Of a stretch of 64,000 bases of DNA, positions 56,670 through 64,000 are shown piece by piece. The number at the start of each line of letters is the position of its first letter. Within the stretch, counting starts at the first letter, position 1. The translations under genes were made by a program, and so were the position numbers. The stretch is taken from the NCBI GenBank assembly GCA_004764695.1, contig SMSO01000032.1, forward strand, positions 4,558,483-4,622,482, written 5' to 3'. Below the pieces are notes generated by a model, which was not told where the DNA came from, did not search any database, and saw only the letters and a list, made by a program, of their open reading frames with translations. The stretch is from Schizochytrium sp. TIO01 (lineage: Eukaryota; Protista; Bigyra: Labyrinthulomycetes).

Positions 56670-58145
56670 TTATGCGACAATCGGAGTAGCAATATTGAAA
56701 GTCTTGGCCCCCTGAGAGTAGTCCTTGCCAGGCTCGCGCTCGCATTGCTGTGGGAATTCCTTGCGTTTTAGCTCGTAGTACTTCTCCCGAAACTCTCCAT
56801 CAGACTCGCCATTGTACGTTATGTACAAGGCACGGCGCGAGGTAGCACTCCGGTTTATATTGCTCCTGTGAGGTAACCATGAGCTAAAGATAAGTACATC
56901 CCCAACGTCAAGGCAAAGGTCTGACCAATTATCAAGCTTCGCCTCTTCTTCAGCACTCAAGCCACCATGCTTTGGGTCTTGTGGAAAAAGACCTTCACGA
57001 TGATGCCCAGGAGCAGCTTGCAAGCAGCCATTCTCGGGTGTAGCGGCATCTACGGCAATATTTACTGTTAGGTGATTTCTCTGCCCAAAAGACACAAAAG
57101 CTGGCGCATCTTGATGTGCTGGGAAGCCACCACCACCAGGGAGCTTGTAATTCACCTTCTCCTTGAACAAAACAGCTTGCTCATTCATGAGCTGCTCCAA
57201 TACGTCCATAATTGGGCCTTCTTCTGAAAGAAGCTTTCTGAGTCCAGCGTGATAGGGAATAAAATTCTCAGTACGGCATAGCATCAGTTTTCTTTCTGTA
57301 CCGGCACTGGCCTTTGGGTAACCCTCGCCTGAGGTTTCTTTGCCAGAAGTTTTGCCCGTATCGCTGTTTTGCAGCTCAAAATAGCACATATGTTCGCCGG
57401 GAGTCTCAGGCCAGTTCTGGATTTCCTCCACCCATGCGACCACCTGCTTCTTCAATTCTGGATTCAAAAGATCTGTAAGCTTAATGTAGCCTTCATGTTC
57501 CCACTTGATCAATTGTTCATGGGAGAGCTTGTAGTACTTGAAAGCTTTTTTAAGCATCTCCTCGCGACGTCTGCTAATACACGAGTTGACCATGTCGCGG
57601 TAGGAGGTTAAACTTGGCACAGAGAACGTCGGATTTACCACCTTGGCGGCTTCATCCCATGTACGCATCTTGATGATGTCATCCTGAAGCGGGTCTGCCT
57701 CAAATGCCAAGGCTTCTTCCGTGCTCATGACTCCACCTTGCTGCAGGAGAGTCTGCTTCGACGCATCCGAGAGCTTCTGCATATATGCAGGGTGTTTCCA
57801 TAATAAGTAACGCTTTGCGTCGACGTGGTGCCGCACAATGCGAGCAGTACGGGGCGAAAACCCCAAAGAAACGAGCCAAGATGCGCCAAGACGTTCATGA
57901 TCAACAGCACCCAGGTTTCCTTCCATTTGCTTTACACTAGGGTCTACGAGCCCCAGAAGATGACCAACATCATGCAGAAGGGCAGCTAGCACAACTTCCT
58001 CGTCAGCCTTTGCATCGCTTGCAAACTTGGCGCACTGGAGAGCGTGTTCCTCTTGTGTAACATTTTCTCCAATGTAATCTTGAGATCCTGCGTTTGCAAA
58101 GAGCTTTAAGATTTCATCAAACACAGGTTTTGACAAAGCAGACAT
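56670..58145 (-). CDS. PhnZ-type HD-domain di-iron oxygenase fused to PhnY/PhyH-type Fe(II)/2-oxoglutarate dioxygenase (putative phosphonate-degrading bifunctional enzyme)
   Basis: N-domain: DYIGENVTQEEHALQCA, AALLHDVGH, HE, HHVDAKRYL, LSDASKQTLLQQGG, RTWDEAAK. C-domain: CRTENF, LFKEKVNYKLPGGGGFPAHQD (HxD), AATPENGCL, PHRS..N.S..RRALYITYN. Uninterrupted ORF; first ATG is 58145. Confidence 0.9.
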   Translation of the reverse strand: MSALSKPVFDEILKLFANAGSQDYIGENVTQEEHALQCAKFASDAKADEEVVLAALLHDVGHLLGLVDPSVKQMEGNLGAVDHERLGASWLVSLGFSPRTARIVRHHVDAKRYLLWKHPAYMQKLSDASKQTLLQQGGVMSTEEALAFEADPLQDDIIKMRTWDEAAKVVNPTFSVPSLTSYRDMVNSCISRRREEMLKKAFKYYKLSHEQLIKWEHEGYIKLTDLLNPELKKQVVAWVEEIQNWPETPGEHMCYFELQNSDTGKTSGKETSGEGYPKASAGTERKLMLCRTENFIPYHAGLRKLLSEEGPIMDVLEQLMNEQAVLFKEKVNYKLPGGGGFPAHQDAPAFVSFGQRNHLTVNIAVDAATPENGCLQAAPGHHREGLFPQDPKHGGLSAEEEAKLDNWSDLCLDVGDVLIFSSWLPHRSNINRSATSRRALYITYNGESDGEFREKYYELKRKEFPQQCEREPGKDYSQGAKTFNIATPIVA

Positions 58146-58632
58146 TCCTCCGAAGAGCCGTCGTGTCCAAGTCTTCTGTTGTGCGCGAGTGCAAAATAAC
58201 AACAGTGATATCCCACTTTTTACTTTCTTTTAGACGGATCCTTCTCTTCCTCTGCATATAACTCCCAAAATCAGTGCCCTTCCTCTGGCGCTTGTGCTAC
58301 AGCTTCTACCCCCGCGGGTTTCGGGTTTGCTCCATTTCCTCAGCGGCCTCGAGCCTTTAGACTGCCCAACTGTCAGCATTGAATAGATCAATGTCTGCAA
58401 GCACTTGATGATATCTCTATAATTACGCAGAATCTTTTTCTTTTCTTCACCCTGAACATTTTTCTCATACTTTTTCATTCATTATCCGAGCCACAATTCG
58501 TTAAAAACAATTTAAAACAATTATATTTAAATTAAAAAAAAATTAAAAATTATATATATAATTAAACAATAAGAAGAAGAAAGAAGAAAGTTATTTTGAA
58601 AAAGGCTGTTACCCAATACTAAAAGTTCCACC

Positions 58633-58883
58633 CGTTCATGACACACTCTCTCACTACCAGCGTCAGAAATGCTGAGTTGAACTTTTTTCTCTTGAGTAAA
58701 AACCCACTCAAGCCAAAACAGTCAGTCAACCAGTCAATCATCAATCATTGCGTTCATGCGACTCTCTCTCACTACCAGAGTCAGATATGCTGCGACGAAC
58801 CTTTTTCTCTTGAGTGAAAACCCACTCCAGCCAAAACAATCAGTCAATCAGTCAATCATCAATCAGTCAATCATCAATCATCG
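58633..58883. repeat. Imperfect tandem duplication (118 + 133 bp)
   Basis: Units start cgttcatg at 58633 and 58751, with a third partial start at 58884. Shared text: ctctctcactaccag.gtcaga.atgctg...tttttctcttgagt.aaaacccactc.agccaaaaca.tcagtcaa.cagtcaatcatcaatca. Confidence 0.9.
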
Positions 58884-59475
58884 CGTTCATGGCATCGTCA
58901 AAGAAGAGAAGATCGCTGACAAAGGGTGCAGTGACAGGTGTAATAAGTCCCGTCTCCGTTCTGTTCTGAAGAGTCTGAGTCTTCGAACGAATAGTGGAAC
59001 AAACAGAAGAACTGTCATCGCCACCTGCGAAGAAGGCGGCGATGAGCGCAAAGCCGCAGAACTCGGGGCAGAGGAACTACGGGCCCACGCAGAAGACAAG
59101 CAGGCAGGCAAGCAGGCAAGTGCCGCTGCTAAGGTGGTTCGCGCAGCCAGAGGCAAGGCGGGGCGCCGAAGGAGTGGAAGCTGGGCCAAGGTGTCCTGGA
59201 AGGTGGTGGTGCTCCGGAAAGGTTGCAAAAGGCGAGGAAACGATCATCGTCGATATGCTCGTTTTCCGCGAGGGTTTGCGCTGCTGAGGATAGACGTGTA
59301 CCTCACCCAGGCGGCGAGGGCGGAAAGGTTGTGGTGGAGCCGGACATGGCGCCTGCTCGCTACCCTCAAAAACGTTGCGAGGAGAGACGACTGGAAACTG
59401 AAGCCGCCTCGCGCGAGTGGAAAGGGAGGTGTGCATCTACCACTGCACTGATCGAACTTGCAACCACTACTCGAC

Positions 59476-59660
59476 CCTTCTACTTCAACAAATGGCGATG
59501 CAAGGCGGGTCTTAATGCAAAGCGGTCTTAGACATCATACAGAACACGGTGCGGTATATTCTGAGGCCTTCTACTTCAAAAAATGACAATGCAATGCGGG
59601 TCTCAATGCAATGCGGGTCCCAGTGCAATGCGGTCTTAGACATCAGACAGAACACGGTGC
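59476..59660. repeat. Imperfect tandem duplication with nested ~16-bp AATGCAATGCGGGTCT sub-repeat
   Basis: ccttctacttcaa..aatg...gcggtcttagacatca.acagaacacggtgc at 59476-59552 and 59567-59660. Confidence 0.85.
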
Positions 59661-60187
59661 TGTATGGAACTTTTGAGGGCAGGTACTACTACCCAGAGCT
59701 CAATGAATCTTCCACGCATCTGCGATGGCGTAAACTCATACTCCCAAACGATAAAAAAGAGGTCACATGGGGAAGTAAACACGGTGTCTGTCTGTGAATG
59801 CGATGATGCGTACTGTAGCTTTGGAATCGTACGTAACCTTTGCAGGATAATATATATGAATGATAGCGATAAGAATTTTAGAATGTACTTTCTCGATTGT
59901 TTTGTATTAAATTTTTAAAATTAAAAAAGTTTTATTTATTGATTATAGTTTCTAGGAGGGGATAGTAATTCTTAATCTTAAAATAACTAAACAATAAGTT
60001 TGTTCATGTAGGCCTATATATGTTAAATAAGTGAAAAAAAAAACCTTTAAAGAAACAAAGACAGGAAAGAAATAAAAGAAGAAAATATTGGTCAGATATA
60101 TATTATAAGTCGACTCTTCCTTCACAGAGAAAAAATGTGAAATATTCTGTCGTGATACCTTTCAAAAAATTCATGAAGAAACCATAC

Positions 60188-63100
60188 TTACAAATTGCAT
60201 TGGCAAGCCATTATCACTAGACCACACTCTTGACAAATTTTACGTGGATCTCCACGAATATCGTTCTTAGAGCGACGTAAATCGTAGGTAAAGTCTTGAA
60301 CAACATGTTTGGTACGTTCAATTGCTCCATCGAATGATTTACGCACAAGGTCGGTAGGCGTACCTGCATCAAGGATGCTGTGCATTTTCTCGAGACGTTG
60401 TTGAAGAACAATCTTTTCAACCGCATTTTGGTCAGAAGAGCGATACTGGTTTCGTTTCTTTACCGAAATAGTAGAAACGCGGTCAAGCATCATCCGGCTG
60501 GCGTTGATCACGCTAGGTGGCAATGGCGGCATTGCCTCCATACGAACTCTTGTAAGAACCTTACGACGAACGTCACGCGGTTTCCATTTGAGGCGTTGAT
60601 GTCTAATGCGTCGTTCTCGATCTTTTTGGTACTCCTCTGTACAGGCGCGGAGTTCACGCACACGATGCTCGTCGATCAGGGATGCTCTTTGTTGGACAAC
60701 ATCGTCCATATCAATTTGTAAATCCTCAATCTCCATCTTCAATTCTGCTATGTCATTCTCCAAAGTTGCCAACTGTAACTTCTTTGACTCAAGTTCCTGC
60801 TCAGACATTGCAAGTATGTTACTGATCTGCTCAATTTCAGACTCGAAAGCTTCTACCCATGGAATATCAGCCTCCTCCTCTGGATCAAGCTTATCGAGCT
60901 CCAGCTCGAGCTCAGGCAGCCGGTATTCCATCTCACGTCGGGAAACCTTTAGCGCACGACGATGTTTTTCAGACTTTCGAACATATTGTAAAATGCGATT
61001 CCGCTCTTCTTCCGCTTCTTGAATGTCTTGTTCAATCTCATCAATGTCAATTAATAAAAGTTCAAGATCCAGGTAATGTAACTCGCGTGCAACTTCTGCT
61101 CGTCGACGCTTTTTGGCCTGCTTATGCGTATAAGCTCGCCACTGACGCTGGAGAAATGTTGTAGCCCATAGTCGCTGAGCATCTCGTTCCTGCCAAAGGT
61201 GGCGAAACCGCTTTCTACCTCGAAATCCTCGAAAAGCAGACTGAAGCCGCGTTGCAAGCTTTGCCAGATAAGCTTGCGCTACACTGTCCAATGTCTCTCG
61301 AGCTTTACGCCGAGCGAGTACAGTGCGCCATGCCCGCTGCAAGACTATAACAGCGGCGTCTTTTTTCACCAGAACTCTAAACCAACGTCGGGTCTGCAAA
61401 CCATGCCAAACGGCTTGTATTTTCCGTGCTGCAGGTTGTTGAACAAATTCGCGATGGTGTTCCTTAAGTCTCCATGTATAGATTTCCCGAGCCATCCACC
61501 CTCGTACAACACTTGAAATACGAGTAGCTGCATCCTGTTGAGCTTTCCATGCAACCAACCTTGTAAACTTTCGACGTTCCAAACGTCCTCGAATGATGCG
61601 CTGTAACATTGTGCTTGCAAGTTGGCGGGCTTTTAGTTCTTGAAGTTTACGTTTTGCCATGCGTTGACGCCACATATTTTGTAGCACTATGGAAGATGGC
61701 ACTACAACGTCTGCATAGTGTCGTTCATAGCGTAGCAGTCTAGCAATCTTTCGATCTCGCATGCCACGCGCCACGCGCTGAATAGTAATTGCTGCAGGTA
61801 CAACTTTACGAAAGTGAAAGTCACGTGCTATCAAACGTTTGAAAAGCCCTCTGTCTCTATGACCTCGTATGACACTTTGAATTTTAGTTGCCGCCCAATC
61901 ATCCCGTTTCCGCCACGCCAATATCTTACGTGCAATCATCCCACGAACAATTGGTTGAAGAAGTAAACACAATCTTTCACGCTCAGTTTTAATGAATTTA
62001 ACACGGCGTTGAGCACGTATCATATACCAGAACCTCTGAATGTGTTCAGCAGAGTAGTTTGCTAGAATTCGCCACTCCTCTGCGCGGCGTCTCCCAATCC
62101 AACCCCTAATAAATCGTTGTAACGTCAAAATATGGTGCTCAGCACGAAACGCTGCTCGCAGAATTTTGGGATGGTGCTTTGCTCGGTAAATTCTTTGCAG
62201 CGTGATTGCAACAGCTTTCATTTTTTGTCGATGGGACCACATAGAAACTTGGATTGGTTCGTTTTGGTTTCCGGCAGGATTGTATCGTAATGCGCCTCGG
62301 CGGTTATTTGAGTCTGCGTCATATCCAGGGTTTTGCGGAGTGCCCTTTCTTCTGTCACGCACTGCCTTTTGTTCTGCTTGAAACGCAGTCTTGCGTGCTA
62401 ACTCTTTTGCTTCAGAACTTAACCCTTTGAAAAAATGTCGAAATCGCTTACGCGGCAATTTGCGATCCTCATTCCTTGCATCCCGATCCTCTTCTTCATC
62501 ACTTTCTTCCACAAGCTTTCGCATTTCTTTAATTGTTGCGGGCTTCTTTTGCTTTTCAACTTTCGACTGGTCTCTTCCTACCCTTTTACGCATTTGTTCT
62601 GGCAGCTGCTGAGGCCCAGACGCTGTGCGGGGAAGACCGTCTCGAGCACAGATGCTCACGGAAACAGGGAGAGAGGTAAGAAGGGGTAGCTGGCGTACGT
62701 GTTGACCCATGTATGAGACTTTCGCCATTTGGCTTATTGGTTCGTGGATTTGAAAAGGCAATAGAGACGTGCAGTGGTATCGCAGAATATTCCAAATATA
62801 GGCGTACTTGCGTAAGAAATCGGACCCTTCCAAGTTGTTCGATTCAACGCTGATATCCAGATGTGTAACGAGTAAATTGGAATTTAACACAGATTCCATG
62901 GTCGCACAGAGCTCAGGATGTGGCCGAGGTGGAATTCCGACTAATCCAAGGTCTCGTCGTCGCATTGCTGACTGAACAGCCTGCTCTGCAAGCTTTTGAG
63001 ATTTGAATGTTCCAACAAACGATTTAGTCCAACCGAGCCTTTTCTCAGATCCAGGAGGTGCATGGTCCAGCTTCATGATTCGAACTTCAAAAGCGCTACT

Positions 63101-64000
63101 CATTTTGCTTTTTTCGATTGAGTTCCATGCTGCTCGCCTTGCGCCCATGTAGAAACGTGTAGCAGCTCGAATACTGAGATTACGCACTGCCACTGTTGCA
63201 TGCGTTGCAGGTGGAAACCATGACAAGCCTTGGCCAGGCCACCAAACAGATATAGTCTGCGTTTTGATAATGTCTAAAAGCTCTTGCTCAATTGCACGTT
63301 CGAGTAGCTGCGAGGGTGTAAGGTCTTCCTCTTGGGAAGAAGAAAGCTTCATTGACCTTTTTGAGCCTCCTTTTGAACGAAGTTTAGCCCGAGACGAAAG
63401 TCTCTTCACCAGCTTAGGCTTCGACGATATTTGAGACAAACTAGTTTTATCTTCATCAACGCGATACGAGTTATGGTCTTCATCGCTGAGCTCAATATCA
63501 ACAGCCTCGTCGCTATTGTCATCTTCGCACATATTGTCATCACAGCTGTCAGCATCAGTATGATCACCAACGTTGCTGGTATCATTATTGTCACTAATGT
63601 TTTCATCTTCGTGGTTGGTCCTTTCTCCTACAAGGTTCTGATTTCCATCACTCTTATCTTCGAAGAGGTCTGAATTTAATGAGTCATCGATTTCATTGAT
63701 TTTTTCTTGACCAAAGATTGACTCATGATCCATCTGGCTTAATGATTTCTGTGACACTTCCTCCTCGGGCTTTTCTGTTTTTGAATGCTGTTGGTTCCCT
63801 GACAGAGCACTATTTGCTTCGGTTTGCAATGTTCTATTGTGCAAAGTATTGGTTTGAGACGCTGGGTTATCCACAAGGCAAGTTAACTCCGAGGCTTGCA
63901 TTTCAGGAAGAGTATCTGGCTGGTAAGGGCTAGACAGCTCGGTATACTTGTCTTGAAGCTTAGTATCAAGTTTCACAAAACGCAGAAGCGGAGTTTGCGG
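60188..64000 (-). CDS. Large multi-IQ-motif (calmodulin-binding) coiled-coil protein, 5' end outside window
   Basis: More than 10 IQ-like motifs (IQSVIRGHRDR, IQRVARGMRDR, LQRIIRGRLER, LQSAFRGFRGR, etc.), acidic coiled coil, C-terminal CQECG..CQC. The frame is open to the window edge. Confidence 0.88.
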   Translation of the reverse strand, partial: PQTPLLRFVKLDTKLQDKYTELSSPYQPDTLPEMQASELTCLVDNPASQTNTLHNRTLQTEANSALSGNQQHSKTEKPEEEVSQKSLSQMDHESIFGQEKINEIDDSLNSDLFEDKSDGNQNLVGERTNHEDENISDNNDTSNVGDHTDADSCDDNMCEDDNSDEAVDIELSDEDHNSYRVDEDKTSLSQISSKPKLVKRLSSRAKLRSKGGSKRSMKLSSSQEEDLTPSQLLERAIEQELLDIIKTQTISVWWPGQGLSWFPPATHATVAVRNLSIRAATRFYMGARRAAWNSIEKSKMSSAFEVRIMKLDHAPPGSEKRLGWTKSFVGTFKSQKLAEQAVQSAMRRRDLGLVGIPPRPHPELCATMESVLNSNLLVTHLDISVESNNLEGSDFLRKYAYIWNILRYHCTSLLPFQIHEPISQMAKVSYMGQHVRQLPLLTSLPVSVSICARDGLPRTASGPQQLPEQMRKRVGRDQSKVEKQKKPATIKEMRKLVEESDEEEDRDARNEDRKLPRKRFRHFFKGLSSEAKELARKTAFQAEQKAVRDRRKGTPQNPGYDADSNNRRGALRYNPAGNQNEPIQVSMWSHRQKMKAVAITLQRIYRAKHHPKILRAAFRAEHHILTLQRFIRGWIGRRRAEEWRILANYSAEHIQRFWYMIRAQRRVKFIKTERERLCLLLQPIVRGMIARKILAWRKRDDWAATKIQSVIRGHRDRGLFKRLIARDFHFRKVVPAAITIQRVARGMRDRKIARLLRYERHYADVVVPSSIVLQNMWRQRMAKRKLQELKARQLASTMLQRIIRGRLERRKFTRLVAWKAQQDAATRISSVVRGWMAREIYTWRLKEHHREFVQQPAARKIQAVWHGLQTRRWFRVLVKKDAAVIVLQRAWRTVLARRKARETLDSVAQAYLAKLATRLQSAFRGFRGRKRFRHLWQERDAQRLWATTFLQRQWRAYTHKQAKKRRRAEVARELHYLDLELLLIDIDEIEQDIQEAEEERNRILQYVRKSEKHRRALKVSRREMEYRLPELELELDKLDPEEEADIPWVEAFESEIEQISNILAMSEQELESKKLQLATLENDIAELKMEIEDLQIDMDDVVQQRASLIDEHRVRELRACTEEYQKDRERRIRHQRLKWKPRDVRRKVLTRVRMEAMPPLPPSVINASRMMLDRVSTISVKKRNQYRSSDQNAVEKIVLQQRLEKMHSILDAGTPTDLVRKSFDGAIERTKHVVQDFTYDLRRSKNDIRGDPRKICQECGLVIMACQCNL

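Noticed and set aside
58146-58202. Mitochondrial-presequence-like N-terminus (LFCTRAQQKTWTRRLFGG) on the PhnZ-PhnY fusion
   Set aside because: It begins at TTG, not ATG, and I found no convincing in-frame upstream exon. It cannot be supported without 5' transcript data.
59177-59305. MBD-like motif (SWKVVVLRKG..RYARFPRGF..DVYL) in ORF 58756-59451
   Set aside because: The resemblance is too loose, and the ORF starts inside a tandem duplication.

Overview
Gene-dense, intron-poor eukaryotic nuclear DNA with long single-exon CDSs and AT-rich spacers rich in TAGG/TAGC/GATA microsatellites. The style resembles a thraustochytrid/labyrinthulomycete protist, but that is inference. About 18 protein-coding genes are supported: NIPBL/SCC2 cohesin loader with an internal PHD finger, GH20 hexosaminidase, coiled-coil/LRR/ankyrin protein, lysyl-tRNA synthetase, GT10 fucosyltransferase, NIPA-type transporter, S9 oligopeptidase, PH-domain protein, SMYD methyltransferase overlapping a CKAP2-like gene, copine, MAD2, a frameshifted SWIM-finger gene, EMC10, a multi-IQ protein cut by the window edge, and hypotheticals. 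Two items stand out. (1) A single 491-aa ORF (56670-58145, minus) fuses a PhnZ-type di-iron HD oxygenase (N-terminal) to a PhnY-type Fe/2OG dioxygenase (C-terminal). It is a candidate one-polypeptide oxidative C-P bond cleavage pathway, in the opposite domain order to the fungal PhoF fusion as I recall it. (2) Thirteen identical tRNA-Arg(ACG) genes form two divergent arrays (4 minus, 9 plus, ~177-bp period) bracketing 6.8 kb, with a co-varying hairpin after the terminators and mosaic spacers shared between arrays. A dispersed ~60-bp intergenic motif (4 copies) and several decayed-gene relics are also visible. All family calls come from motif recognition by eye; no searches were run.
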